Position numbers and translations under genes: made by a program
Assembly (NCBI GenBank): GCA_047284725.1
Contig: JBJBEO010000001.1
Location: 1,656,203 to 1,720,202, forward strand
DNA: 64,000 nt
From: Synechococcus sp.
Lineage (GTDB): Bacteria; Cyanobacteriota; Cyanobacteriia; PCC-6307; Cyanobiaceae
Direction: 5' to 3'
Part shown: positions 1-10,063 of the stretch, piece by piece
Position numbering within the stretch: the stretch's first letter is position 1
Layout of the letters: each line of letters starts with the position of its first letter
Notes under the pieces: model-generated
The model's input: the letters and a program-made list of their open reading frames with translations, nothing else
Told to the model about the DNA's origin: nothing
Databases searched by the model: none

Positions 1-670
1 CCACTGAATTCACCATGCTGGTCTGGGGCTCACGCACCCCACGCCACTTCATGCAGTAGTGCTGGGCCTTGACGATGATGCCAAGTCCTTGAGGCTCGCA
101 CAGCTTCTCAATTTCGTCGGCCAGGATCATCACCGCCTCTTCTTGAATGTGAGGACGGGAAAAGACCCAGTCAGCGACACGTGTGAATTTGGACAGACCA
201 ATCACACGGCTGCCGGGCTTGATGCCGATCCAGCAGTTGCCCATGATCGGCACCAGGTGGTGGGAACAGGCCGATCGCACGGTGATCGGACCAACGGTGT
301 AGATCTCATCGAGTTCCTTGACGTTAGGGAAACTGGCGACCTTGGGCTGCTGGTGATAACGCCCTTTAAAAACTTCATGGAGATACATGCGCGCCACGCG
401 CTCGGCTGTCTCCTCAGTGTTGTGATCGTTCTCGATGTCGATCACCAGACTGCGAAGAAGATCACGGACACGGTCACCAACTTCGGCCTCGAGAGCCTGC
501 AGCTCACCCGGAAGGATGTAGTCAGCGATGTTGTCGTTGGCCAGAAAGGAGACATCAGCCGACTTCAGGCGAGCGCTGATCAGAGCAGAAACGCTTTGCA
601 CCACGCCCGCAGAGATCTGCTCCTTGCCGCCATTGAGATCTTGGCTCGTCACCGGAAAAGTTGAAGTCAT
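1..670 (-). CDS. folE: GTP cyclohydrolase I (3' end runs off the window)
   Basis: Not in the ORF track; hand-translated from ATG at 670. C-terminal part reads ...AQHYCMKWRGVREPQTSMVNSV, a FolE motif. Usual position after ado-aar-accA-SDR. Confidence 0.92.
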   Translation of the reverse strand, partial: MTSTFPVTSQDLNGGKEQISAGVVQSVSALISARLKSADVSFLANDNIADYILPGELQALEAEVGDRVRDLLRSLVIDIENDHNTEETAERVARMYLHEVFKGRYHQQPKVASFPNVKELDEIYTVGPITVRSACSHHLVPIMGNCWIGIKPGSRVIGLSKFTRVADWVFSRPHIQEEAVMILADEIEKLCEPQGLGIIVKAQHYCMKWRGVREPQTSMVNSV

Positions 671-685
671 TAGGAGCGTATGAAA

Positions 686-1393
686 TTAAAGGGCGCCGGC
701 AGCCGGCATCAGAGTGAGATCTTCAATCACCTGCGTGGCCGGTTGCTCAGCGAGATGCAGAAGGGCTGCGGCAGCTTGATCAACTGGAAGCATCGCACGG
801 CGATCGAAGGAACTCTCCACCGTTGGTGTGTCCCAAAGCGGAGAGTCAACAGCTCCGAGGGTCAGGGTGCAAGCACGAATGCCGTTTGCACGCTCCTCCT
901 CAGCCAGACACCGCGTGAAGCTGGCCAGAGCGGCTTTGGTGGTGCAGTAAGCACCCCAACCTGGAAAGGCGTTGCGAGCGGCATGGCTGCTCACGTTGAT
1001 CACCAGACCGCCAGCACCACGCATGCGGGGCACAACGGCACTGCATAGCTGAAAAATGCTGGTGAGGTTGAGTTGAAGCAACCATTGCCAGCGATCGAGC
1101 GGCATATTGAGCAGATCACCGGTGTAGGCAGCGCCAGCATTGTTGATCAGCACCGAAGGACGCAGTCCTTGGGAAAGCAAGTGATCAACGGCAGGGGCAA
1201 TCGCCGAGGGATCCGAAAGATCACAGGCCTGATAAAGCACACGCCTTCCTCCACCCGTGAGTTCAGCCGCTAGAGACTGGAGAGCAGCTTCACTGCGAGA
1301 CAGCAATAAAAGATCCCAGCCAGCCTTCGAAAAGGCAAAGGCAGCGGCGTGACCGATACCTCGGGATGCCCCAGTGATCAAGACAGACGGCAA
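686..1393 (-). CDS. Short-chain dehydrogenase/reductase (SDR)
   Basis: TGASRGIG Rossmann motif, NNAG, catalytic YxxxK (YCTTK). Confidence 0.92.
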   Translation of the reverse strand: MPSVLITGASRGIGHAAAFAFSKAGWDLLLLSRSEAALQSLAAELTGGGRRVLYQACDLSDPSAIAPAVDHLLSQGLRPSVLINNAGAAYTGDLLNMPLDRWQWLLQLNLTSIFQLCSAVVPRMRGAGGLVINVSSHAARNAFPGWGAYCTTKAALASFTRCLAEEERANGIRACTLTLGAVDSPLWDTPTVESSFDRRAMLPVDQAAAALLHLAEQPATQVIEDLTLMPAAGAL

Positions 1394-1417
1394 TGAGGCT
1401 CTGCGACACGTAAGACC

Positions 1418-2407
1418 CTAGACAGCCAGATCACTTTCTGTGGTTCCGGACGTGAGAACACGCCCCATGGCACGGAACTTGCGGTACCGCTGATCGCGCA
1501 GCTCCTGCTCAGACAACGACTCCAGATCAGTGAGGTGACGCTCAATCGCCTGCTTCAAGACGGCGCCGGCCTTGAGAGGAGCCCAGTTGTTGCCACCTGC
1601 CGGCTCGGGCAACACCTCATCCACAACACCGAGGTTACGCAAATCTGGCCCTGTGATCCGCAATGCGGCTGCCGCTTCAGAGGCTTTGGCTGCATCACGC
1701 CAAAGGATGGATGCGCAGGCTTCAGGACTGGCAACGGTGTACACACTGTGTTCAAACATCAGCAGTCGATCGGCCACACCAATGCCGAGGGCACCGCCGG
1801 ATCCCCCTTCTCCGATCACGGTTGCAATGACCGGCACCCGAAGGCGGAACATCTCACGGAGATTGACAGCAATCGCCTCACCCTGACCCTGCTCCTCAGC
1901 CAGGAGACCTGCATAGGCCCCAGGGGTATCGATGAAGGACAGGATCGGCAGCCGGAAACGATCGGCATGATCCATCAACCGCAGTGCCTTGCGGTATCCA
2001 CCAGGCGTGGCCATGCCGAAGTTGCGGGCCACATTTTCCTTGGTGTCGCGGCCTTTCTGATGACCAATCAGCAACACTGAACGGTCTCCGATCCGTCCGA
2101 TCCCTCCCACCAGAGCCTGATCATCGCTGCCCCGACGATCGCCATGAAGCTCAACCCACTCGTCGCAGAACATCTGGATGAAATCCAGGGTGCTGGGACG
2201 ATGGGGATGACGCGCCACCTGAATTTTCTGAGCAGGTGTCAGGTTCGAGAAAATCTCTTCACGCCGGCGGGCCGCCAGGGTCTCGAGCTGCAGCAACTGC
2301 TGGCTGACATCCACCTCAGAACTGCGCGCCAACTCCCGGATCTGGTCGATCTGCTGCTCAAGTTCAACCAGGGGTTTCTCAAACTCGAGCAGATGACGAC
2401 GGGCCAT
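1418..2407 (-). CDS. accA: Acetyl-CoA carboxylase carboxyltransferase alpha subunit
   Basis: [34 protein letters not shown] motifs. Confidence 0.98.
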   Translation of the reverse strand: MARRHLLEFEKPLVELEQQIDQIRELARSSEVDVSQQLLQLETLAARRREEIFSNLTPAQKIQVARHPHRPSTLDFIQMFCDEWVELHGDRRGSDDQALVGGIGRIGDRSVLLIGHQKGRDTKENVARNFGMATPGGYRKALRLMDHADRFRLPILSFIDTPGAYAGLLAEEQGQGEAIAVNLREMFRLRVPVIATVIGEGGSGGALGIGVADRLLMFEHSVYTVASPEACASILWRDAAKASEAAAALRITGPDLRNLGVVDEVLPEPAGGNNWAPLKAGAVLKQAIERHLTDLESLSEQELRDQRYRKFRAMGRVLTSGTTESDLAV

Positions 2408-2435
2408 AACGGAAGTGGGGGAGGGAGGGGAGAAC

Positions 2436-3476
2436 TCAGGCGGCAGCAGCCTGAGGCTGAAGGTTGAGGGTCAAGGTGGAGAAGCCATGACGCACGGAGG
2501 CCGCACCGATGAAGTCCATCTTCTCAAGCGTGATGTTGTTGCGTCCCCAGCTGAAATTCGTATGGCAGTCTTCAAACTCGAGCAGCATCGCCTCAGCAAA
2601 ACAGGCAAACATCTGTCGCTGAGGCTTTTCCATTTCAGCGATTTCCATCATCGTCCAGCCGATGTCGGTGCCGAATTCAACGATGCCGCCTTTGAGAACA
2701 TGAACACCGGCATCAACCACCTTGGCATCGAGATTCTTCGGATAGCCACCATCAATCATCAGGCAAGGCTTACGCAGTGACGCTGCATCGATTTCGAGGG
2801 TGCGAGGCATGCTGGCGACCCAAACCACCACATCAGCCTCTGGCAATGCCTCATCGAGGCTCAGAATCCTTCCCCCACCCAACTCACTCTGAAGATCAAG
2901 GAGAGGCTGCTGCTGTCGTGCGACAAGCAGCAGTTCTGCGACACCGCTGCGGCGACTGAGCCAACGACAAACGGCACTGCCGATGTCTCCGGTGGCTCCG
3001 ACCACGGCCACCCTGGCCTTGGAGAGATCGATCCCTAGCAAAGGGGCATTGATTTCCACCTGGCGACTGATGACCCAGGCAGTGTGCGTATTGCCGGTGG
3101 TGAAGCGTTCCCATTCCAGCGTCGTGCTTCGCACGTGCTGATGCTGGAGCAGATTGAAATTCTCAAAAATGATTGAGGTGAAGCCGCCGAGAGCTGTGAT
3201 GTTGATGCCCTTTTTCTGGGCCAGCTCCATGGCATTGAGCACCTTTCTCCTCGCCGTCTTGAAGCGACTCAGCATCTCAGGCACGAAGCAGGAATCGATG
3301 TAAGCGCCAGTGATGGTCTTTCCGGTGGCGCTGGTGACCTCCACGTGTTCCACCAGCTGTGGTGGTGCGCTGCACCACACATCAAGATCACCTTCAGCGA
3401 TGTGATCGAACCCAAGCTCTGAAGCTTTGCGCCTTGCGGCTTCAAAGCTGGTGGAATGTCCGATCAGACCAAACAT
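2436..3476 (-). CDS. aar: Long-chain acyl-ACP reductase (alkane biosynthesis)
   Basis: MFGLIGH N-terminus, [36 protein letters not shown]; adjacent to ado. Confidence 0.97.
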   Translation of the reverse strand: MFGLIGHSTSFEAARRKASELGFDHIAEGDLDVWCSAPPQLVEHVEVTSATGKTITGAYIDSCFVPEMLSRFKTARRKVLNAMELAQKKGINITALGGFTSIIFENFNLLQHQHVRSTTLEWERFTTGNTHTAWVISRQVEINAPLLGIDLSKARVAVVGATGDIGSAVCRWLSRRSGVAELLLVARQQQPLLDLQSELGGGRILSLDEALPEADVVVWVASMPRTLEIDAASLRKPCLMIDGGYPKNLDAKVVDAGVHVLKGGIVEFGTDIGWTMMEIAEMEKPQRQMFACFAEAMLLEFEDCHTNFSWGRNNITLEKMDFIGAASVRHGFSTLTLNLQPQAAAA

Positions 3477-3556
3477 GTACCGCCGACGATCAACAGAATG
3501 AGGATCCCTGGCCGCACCGGCTTAGGGGTGAAGCGGCCATGCTCTCACGAAAGTGG

Positions 3557-3570
3557 GTAGCGAAAACTAC
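3557..3570. promoter_or_regulatory. NtcA-like palindrome GTA-N8-TAC between ado and aar
   Basis: GTAGCGAAAACTAC, about 80 nt upstream of the aar start; no correctly spaced -10 element seen. Confidence 0.35.
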
Positions 3571-3616
3571 TCGAGCAGACCAGGGATGGTCCAGCGACAC
3601 GACCGCCGGAGAGCAC

Positions 3617-4348
3617 TCAGACCGCCAGTGCGGCTGCCGCCATCCGAGCGATGTCGCGTGAAGAGAAGCCAATCTCGCAGAGCGCTTCCTGATAAGCGAT
3701 CAGGAAATCCTCGATCAGATCTTCTTTTTCCATATGAAGCACGGCCGCATCCTTGGCCACGTCCTCAAGCATGGAGCGAATCAACGGGAGGTTGACACGG
3801 TTGGCCTCCATCAACTCGTCCTTGCTGGCTTCGAAATTGGCTTTGAGCCACTCCTGGCCGTAGTTGAGGTGGGTGTATTCATCCTTGACCACACCTTCGG
3901 TGATCTTGCGGGCGAAGGGATCGGCGACGGGAATATAAATGTGATAGGCCGAGATGGCGAACGCCTCGATCAGCAGGGCCTGGATGAGAAGGCAGGTAAC
4001 CACTTTGCCGTCCTTCAGGGCTTGCTGAAAGTTGCCGTGGAGAGGGGCGAAGAAGTCGCGAGCAAACGCCATATCGGCGGCAACACCCAGATTGTTACCG
4101 CAGGCGGTGAAGCCCTTCATATGCTTCATTTCCATGCGAGCCAGACCCTTGAGCTCCTCAGCCTGATCAGGGATCAGCGTGCCCAGAGAGATGTAGTTGT
4201 CATGGGCTTCCTGCTCACCTTCGATCACAATCGCGTTGATGCGGCTGTAGGCGTCTTTGTAGGCCGCAGTGCTGAAATCAGGCAGTTGGGAAGCAGATCC
4301 TTCCTGATCACTGGTCGCAGCGACCTCAGGCGAATTGAGGGTCGGCAT
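3617..4348 (-). CDS. ado: Aldehyde-deformylating oxygenase
   Basis: [23 protein letters not shown], ExxH di-iron motifs (EMKH, EYTH); start set at MPTLNS (ATG 4348). Confidence 0.97.
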   Translation of the reverse strand: MPTLNSPEVAATSDQEGSASQLPDFSTAAYKDAYSRINAIVIEGEQEAHDNYISLGTLIPDQAEELKGLARMEMKHMKGFTACGNNLGVAADMAFARDFFAPLHGNFQQALKDGKVVTCLLIQALLIEAFAISAYHIYIPVADPFARKITEGVVKDEYTHLNYGQEWLKANFEASKDELMEANRVNLPLIRSMLEDVAKDAAVLHMEKEDLIEDFLIAYQEALCEIGFSSRDIARMAAAALAV

Positions 4349-4425
4349 GGATCGTTCCGATAAACAGGCAATGCGGAAGACTGTAACCAGCGCAACCTCA
4401 AATGGCCTCGCCTCGGGCAATCAGA

Positions 4426-5247
4426 TCACGACCTGAGCACAGAATCCACGGGTGGCCAACGGCTGGCCATCAGGTTGGAGAACAGCGTGACCCAGTGCTT
4501 AACCACGCATTCTTCCAGTTGCCGACCAAGGGCGGCGCTGGCGCCGCGGCTGTCACCCACCACGCCGGAGCGGCTTAGATCCGTGGTGAGCCAAGCGAAG
4601 GGGGCATCCCCCTCCACACTCCAGCCCAGAGGCGGTGTTGCCCCACTCGCAGGCGATCGATGGTCGCCATCCACAGGCCTGTCATCCCCCACCAGCTCAG
4701 GGGCAAGCGACAGCATCAGGCTGGTCTCCGCCAGTCCTGCATGCAGCCCTGTCGCCACCTCCACATCAGGAAGAACGTCCCGGAGACCCGGCACACCACT
4801 CCAGAGGAAACAGGGAAGCACCGCCATGGAAGGTGTCTGCGCGCGCAACGCACGGGCCGCGATCTGCAACAACGCGATCTGCCCTCCGTGGGCGTTGAAC
4901 AGCACCAGTCGTCGCACACCCTGCTGCGCCAGCTGGGAGCCGACAGCCTCCACCATCCGGGTCAGCAGGTCGGCAGGCAGCGACAGGGTGCCTGGGAAGC
5001 CGGCATGCTCGGGGGAGAAACCGATGGACTGAACAGGCAGACGCCAGATCGGCAGATCAAGAGGCAGCTCTTCAAGGATCTGATCCAGCACACGATCCGC
5101 AAACAACGCATCAGTCACCAGAGGGAGGTGGGGGCCGTGCTGCTCGACGGCACCGAACGGCCAGATCACGGTGGATCCCGGGCGTTTCAACTGACCCTCA
5201 GCCTCAGGCCAAGCGAGGTGTTCAAGGCGTCGCTGCGGTGAAACCAT
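4426..5247 (-). CDS. Creatininase family amidohydrolase
   Basis: GAVEQHGPHLP, FNAHGG, HAGLAETS motifs. Confidence 0.92.
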   Translation of the reverse strand: MVSPQRRLEHLAWPEAEGQLKRPGSTVIWPFGAVEQHGPHLPLVTDALFADRVLDQILEELPLDLPIWRLPVQSIGFSPEHAGFPGTLSLPADLLTRMVEAVGSQLAQQGVRRLVLFNAHGGQIALLQIAARALRAQTPSMAVLPCFLWSGVPGLRDVLPDVEVATGLHAGLAETSLMLSLAPELVGDDRPVDGDHRSPASGATPPLGWSVEGDAPFAWLTTDLSRSGVVGDSRGASAALGRQLEECVVKHWVTLFSNLMASRWPPVDSVLRS

Positions 5248-5317
5248 CGATCAATCCAAGGGCTGCACATCCCCACCCTGCCTGTCACACTGGTCTATCG
5301 ACGACTTCGAAGGGTCC

Positions 5318-6622
5318 ATGCCCGGATCAGGCAGCCTGCAGCCGAAACAACCCAAGGCGCCGAAGCCTTCCGCCGATCTCAGGCCGCCGCAGGTGATGCA
5401 GATCACCCGCAAGGACGAACAGGACAAGCTGCGACGCGAAGCCGATCAGGCAAGGGCTGCTGCCGAGGCCGCTCTCAAACATGCACAGGAGCTCGAACGG
5501 GCAGCCCAGGAAGCAGGTGCTCCAGCCCACACAGCCCCCCCGCGTCCGTCGGCAGCCAAGCCATCGCCCCCCAGGACCTCCGTCAACGACGCCGATCTGT
5601 TTGACACCTCCGAATTCGAGGGCCTGAGCATGGCCGATCTGCTCGGCCCGGCGGATCGCAAGGCCACCGGCGGTCAACGCAGCAACGCCACGGTCAACAA
5701 AGCCCCCCAGAAGGCCATCAGCCACAGCGTTGATGACTTCGACTTCGACGAAGAAGCATTCCTGGCCGCGCTCGACGAGAACGAGCCCGTAGGCACCACA
5801 GGCGATGTGGTCACCGGAACGGTGATCGGGATGGAAAGCGATGGTGTTTATGTCGATATCGGTGGCAAAGCTCCTGGGTTCATGCCCAAGAGCGAATGCG
5901 GTCTCGGGGTGATCACCAACCTCAAGGAACGGTTCCCGAAGGGCCTTGAGATCGAAGTTCTCGTCACCCGTGAGCAGAATGCCGACGGCATGGTGACAAT
6001 CAGCTGCCGTGCGCTGGCCCTGCGCCAGAGCTGGGACCGCGTCAAGATCCTCGAGAAGGAAGGCAAGGTGGTGCAGGTGAAGGTGAGCGGGTTCAACCGC
6101 GGTGGTGTGACCTGCGATCTGGAGGGTCTGCGCGGGTTCATTCCCCGCTCGCAACTGCAAGACGGCGAAAACCACGAAGCCCTGGTGGGCAAGACCCTCG
6201 GCGTCGCATTTCTTGAGGTCAATCCCGAGACCAGAAAGCTTGTGCTCTCGGAGAAGCGGGCTGCCACAGCTGCGAAATTCTCTGAGCTCGAGGTGGGCCA
6301 GTTGGTTGAGGGCCACGTGGTGGCTGTCAAGCCCTACGGCTTCTTTGTGGACCTCGGTGGGATCAGCGGACTTCTCCACCAATCCGTTGTCACCGGTGGG
6401 GCCATGCGATCACTTCGCGAGGTGTTCGATCACGGTGATGTCGTCAAAGCCCTGATCACGGAACTGGATCCCGGTCGTGGCCGGATTGCCTTGAACACGG
6501 CGATGCTGGAAGGTCAACCAGGTGAATTGCTGGTTGAAAAAGACAAAGTGATGGCTGAAGCCGTCGATCGGGCCAACCGTGCTCGTAACGTCCTCAGACA
6601 ACAGGAACAGTCAGCTGGATGA
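5318..6622 (+). CDS. S1 RNA-binding domain protein (ribosomal protein S1 homologue B)
   Basis: Three S1-like repeats (VYVDIGGK, LRGFIPRSQL, FVDLGGISGLLH) after a low-complexity N-terminus. Confidence 0.9.
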   Translation: MPGSGSLQPKQPKAPKPSADLRPPQVMQITRKDEQDKLRREADQARAAAEAALKHAQELERAAQEAGAPAHTAPPRPSAAKPSPPRTSVNDADLFDTSEFEGLSMADLLGPADRKATGGQRSNATVNKAPQKAISHSVDDFDFDEEAFLAALDENEPVGTTGDVVTGTVIGMESDGVYVDIGGKAPGFMPKSECGLGVITNLKERFPKGLEIEVLVTREQNADGMVTISCRALALRQSWDRVKILEKEGKVVQVKVSGFNRGGVTCDLEGLRGFIPRSQLQDGENHEALVGKTLGVAFLEVNPETRKLVLSEKRAATAAKFSELEVGQLVEGHVVAVKPYGFFVDLGGISGLLHQSVVTGGAMRSLREVFDHGDVVKALITELDPGRGRIALNTAMLEGQPGELLVEKDKVMAEAVDRANRARNVLRQQEQSAG

Positions 6623-7515
6623 TTGCGGCCAATCCGCTCGCCACCACCCTCGATCGACAGCCCGACTGGGAGCTGGATTTCTATTCCAGACCCATCCTGG
6701 AGCCTGATGGCAAAAAACGCTGGGAGCTGCTGATCAGCAGCACGCCCTTCCCTGAAGGTGGCGATCCGTTCCGTTACGCCCGTCGATGCCCTGCAGGGGA
6801 CGTCAATTCCACCTGGCTGGCATCAGCCCTGCGTGATGCCCTGACCAATGCAGAAGCAGAAGGTTGGCGCCCGCCGCGGCGACTTCGGTCCTGGCGCAGT
6901 GCCATGCGCACGATGGTGCAGCGTGCGGCCGCCGAACTGCAGATCGAGATGGTGCCCAGCCGTCGCACCTATGCCTTGATCGACTGGATGGAGGAGCGGA
7001 GCCGAGAGGTTTATCCCAAGGAAGAGGGCTATATGGCAGGCCCCCTGGCACCGCCTCCAGCCCCGCTCAGCACCCCTGCCGTGCCCCTGCCCGAGGCTGT
7101 GCGTGGTGATGCCTGGACTTGGGCGACCCTTCCCCTCGGCAGCCTTGCCGAAGCAGGCGAATGGCCACTGGGGTTCAACGGTCTCCTCCCCATCCATCCA
7201 GAGATGGATCCAGATCAGCCCATTCCCGGCCTGCGCCTGTTCAGCCAAACACGGGCGCTGGCCCTGGCGGGTTGGCTTGGAGGGCTGGAACCCGTGCGTC
7301 TCCGCATCGATGGCAGGCAACTGATTCTTGATGCAGGCCAAGACGACAGCTGGCTGGTCACCGATCTTGATGCAGAGGGAGCGAAAGCGGCCGATCACGC
7401 CTTCATAACCACCCGTCAGCACACCCAGGGATTGCAGTTCATCGCCGTGCAGACCACGCCTGACAACCCTCGCTTCGAAGGGTTCTGGATGCTGCGCGAC
7501 CAGCCCGATCCATGA
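6619..7515 (+). CDS. Tab2/Atab2 family RNA-binding protein
   Basis: DWELDFYSRPILEPDGKKRWELLI N-terminus, GFWMLRD C-terminus; 4-nt overlap with upstream gene. Confidence 0.92.
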   Translation: MIAANPLATTLDRQPDWELDFYSRPILEPDGKKRWELLISSTPFPEGGDPFRYARRCPAGDVNSTWLASALRDALTNAEAEGWRPPRRLRSWRSAMRTMVQRAAAELQIEMVPSRRTYALIDWMEERSREVYPKEEGYMAGPLAPPPAPLSTPAVPLPEAVRGDAWTWATLPLGSLAEAGEWPLGFNGLLPIHPEMDPDQPIPGLRLFSQTRALALAGWLGGLEPVRLRIDGRQLILDAGQDDSWLVTDLDAEGAKAADHAFITTRQHTQGLQFIAVQTTPDNPRFEGFWMLRDQPDP

Positions 7516-8315
7516 CCGAAGCTCAGGCTCCCTGTCCTGATCCGTTCGACCGCCCCGACAGCCTTTTCAACAGGCATGAGCACTGGACGTGGGTGGGGTG
7601 TTACGGCGGCTATTACCTCAGTTCGAACCTGCTGGAGAGCCACGGCTTTGAACATGGCTTTTTCACCAGGCGCTGGCACGGACGGGGACCCGATGAACTG
7701 GCCACCTATTTATCTGCGGGGATCACGGTGCATCGACCACAACAGGTCCATGGCAACACCGTGCTCGAGGCTCAACAGGCCGATCGCGCTCCCTGGCCCG
7801 AAGCTGACGGTCTGGTAAGCGACCGGGGCAGCCAGAGTCTTTGGGTCTGCGGAGCCGACTGCACGCCGGCGTTGCTGGCAGATCCCGACAGTGGTCATGT
7901 GGCTGCCTGCCACGCCGGTTGGCGCGGCGTGGCAGGCAGGATCCTTCAGCAGGCCGTGGAACGTCTCGAACAACGGGGCGGCCACCGTTCTCAGTTTGTC
8001 GTCGCCCTCGGACCAGCTGTCAGCGGTGCCCAGTACCAGGTGCAGCACTCCGTCGCAGACGAAGTGGTAGCTGGGGTGGCATCAGACCCCCAGCAGATCG
8101 CGCAGATCGTTCAGTCCGATCCCGATCCCGACCGTTGTCGCCTTGACATCCGTGCCGCAGCAGTCATTCAGCTCCAGGGGCTCGGCTTGACGGCAGAGCG
8201 GATCAGCCCATGCCCCCTCTGCACCGTGTCCGAGCCTGCACTGTTCCACTCCTGGCGTCGGGATCAGGTGAAGGCGGTGCAGTGGAGCGGCATCGTCTCC
8301 CAGGCTCCGGTCTGA
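7512..8315 (+). CDS. pgeF: YfiH/PgeF laccase-domain protein
   Basis: QVHG, ADG, ADCTP, HAGWRG, GPA, CT..FHSWRR motifs. Confidence 0.9.
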   Translation: MTEAQAPCPDPFDRPDSLFNRHEHWTWVGCYGGYYLSSNLLESHGFEHGFFTRRWHGRGPDELATYLSAGITVHRPQQVHGNTVLEAQQADRAPWPEADGLVSDRGSQSLWVCGADCTPALLADPDSGHVAACHAGWRGVAGRILQQAVERLEQRGGHRSQFVVALGPAVSGAQYQVQHSVADEVVAGVASDPQQIAQIVQSDPDPDRCRLDIRAAAVIQLQGLGLTAERISPCPLCTVSEPALFHSWRRDQVKAVQWSGIVSQAPV

Positions 8316-8320
8316 CCCGA

Positions 8321-10030
8321 TCAGCGCTGCTCCTCCGAGAGCAGACGCAACGCCACACTCTCAGCCGCCCGAATGCCATCGATCGCCGCCGAGAGAATCC
8401 CACCCGCATAACCAGCCCCCTCGCCCGCAGGCGTGAGTCCAGCCGTGTTGGTGGATTCATACGCTGGATTGCGGGACAAACGCACTGGCGAGGATGTTCG
8501 CGTCTCCACGGCGGTGAGCAGGGCATCGGGGTGGTCATACCCTTCAAGGCGACGGGCGAAGGCCGGCAGTGCCTCCCGGAGAGCTGTCACCATCGGTTCC
8601 GGCAACGCCTGGCGAAGATCGGCCGCCCGCACTCCCGGCTGGTAGGAGGGAGCAAGACTGCCCAAGCCTGCGCTGGGGCGATCGGCCAGAAAATCTTCAA
8701 GGCGCTGCACAGGAGCGCTGTAATCCCCCCCACCGAGGGTAAACGCCTGCTCCTCGAGAAACCGCTGAAAGGCCACACCGGCCAGAGGATCTCCCGGATA
8801 ACGCTGATAAGGAGCGAGGTCTTCGTCCAACACAGGAACCACCAAACCGCTGTTGGCGTTGCGCTCATTGCGGGAGTGCTGGCTCATGCCATTGGTCACC
8901 ACGCGCCCGGGTTCACTGGTGGCACCCACCACCAAGCCACCAGGACACATGCAGAAGCTGTAGACGCAGCGGCCATTCTCAGCATGGTGGACCAACTTGT
9001 ACTCCGCCGCACCCAATTGGGGGTGGCCGGCCTGTGCACCCCAGCGGGCGTGATCGATCAGACTCTGAGGATGCTCAATCCGAAAGCCCACTGCAAAGGG
9101 TTTCGCCGTCATCGCCACTCCCTGACGCTCCAGCATCGCGAACGTATCGCGGGCGGAATGTCCCGGGGCCAGCACAACTTGAGAGCAATCCACAGAACTG
9201 CCATCAGCCAGCGTCAGTCCCACCAGCCGCTGATGGTGCGCCCCCCCGTTACCGGCGTGTGGAGCGCTGCGCTGATCGGAACCGGTCGGATCGGAGATCG
9301 GTTCAAGGATCAGTTGCTCAACCTTCGCCCCGAAGCGCACGTCCCCGCCCAGCGCCTCAATCCTGGATCGCAGCCCACGCACGACGGTGGCCAACTTGAA
9401 GGTGCCGATGTGAGGCCGATGCACCGTGAGGATCTCCGGGTTGGCGCCACAGGCCACCAGTTCCTCCAGCACCTTGCGTCCGTAATGCTCAGGATCGCTC
9501 ACCTGGCTATAGAGCTTGCCGTCGGAGAAGGTGCCGGCCCCTCCCTCCCCGAACTGGACATTCGATTCAGGCTGAAACGGAGAGGTGCCTTTCCAGAAAC
9601 CGAAGGTGTCGGCCGTACGCTGCTTCACTGCCTGACCGCGCTCCAGCAACAAAGGTCTGAAGCCCATTTGGGCCAGCGACAGGGCTGCGAAATAACCACA
9701 GGGCCCGGCCCCGATCACCACTGGTCGCGTGCCCGGATGCACACCGAAATCTGAGGGAGCCTTGGCAACAGCCCGATAACGGGTCTCCGGTGCCAGACGC
9801 AAGCGACTGTCGCCCCGATGCTTCCTGAGTACGGCCGACTGCCCCTTCACTTCCAGGTCCAGGCTGTAGATCAGCTGAATGCGGTCATGGCGTCGGGCAT
9901 CGATACTGCGTTTGATCAACCGATGGCTGATCAAACGCTGAGGCGGGATGCGCAATCGTTTGAGGATCGCCTGACGCACCGCGTCAGGCCCGTGATCCAG
10001 CGGCAGACGTAGCTCACTGAGGCGTAACAC
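8321..10030 (-). CDS. FAD-dependent oxidoreductase
   Basis: IGAGPCG, GEGGAGTFSDGKL, FCMCPGG, ETRTSSP, GEGAGYAGGI. Confidence 0.9.
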   Translation of the reverse strand: MLRLSELRLPLDHGPDAVRQAILKRLRIPPQRLISHRLIKRSIDARRHDRIQLIYSLDLEVKGQSAVLRKHRGDSRLRLAPETRYRAVAKAPSDFGVHPGTRPVVIGAGPCGYFAALSLAQMGFRPLLLERGQAVKQRTADTFGFWKGTSPFQPESNVQFGEGGAGTFSDGKLYSQVSDPEHYGRKVLEELVACGANPEILTVHRPHIGTFKLATVVRGLRSRIEALGGDVRFGAKVEQLILEPISDPTGSDQRSAPHAGNGGAHHQRLVGLTLADGSSVDCSQVVLAPGHSARDTFAMLERQGVAMTAKPFAVGFRIEHPQSLIDHARWGAQAGHPQLGAAEYKLVHHAENGRCVYSFCMCPGGLVVGATSEPGRVVTNGMSQHSRNERNANSGLVVPVLDEDLAPYQRYPGDPLAGVAFQRFLEEQAFTLGGGDYSAPVQRLEDFLADRPSAGLGSLAPSYQPGVRAADLRQALPEPMVTALREALPAFARRLEGYDHPDALLTAVETRTSSPVRLSRNPAYESTNTAGLTPAGEGAGYAGGILSAAIDGIRAAESVALRLLSEEQR

Positions 10031-10063
10031 CTGCGTTCACCGCCATGGGATTCCAGAAAAACC

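Noticed and set aside
59..664. 201-aa plus-strand ORF
   Set aside because: Antisense shadow of folE, which the track missed because it runs off the window edge.
1..4348. Alkane biosynthesis cluster as a novel system
   Set aside because: ado-aar-accA-SDR-folE is a well-described conserved cyanobacterial arrangement.
8210..9754. 514-aa plus-strand ORF and many similar long antisense ORFs
   Set aside because: They overlap motif-supported genes on the opposite strand; expected from high GC and codon bias.
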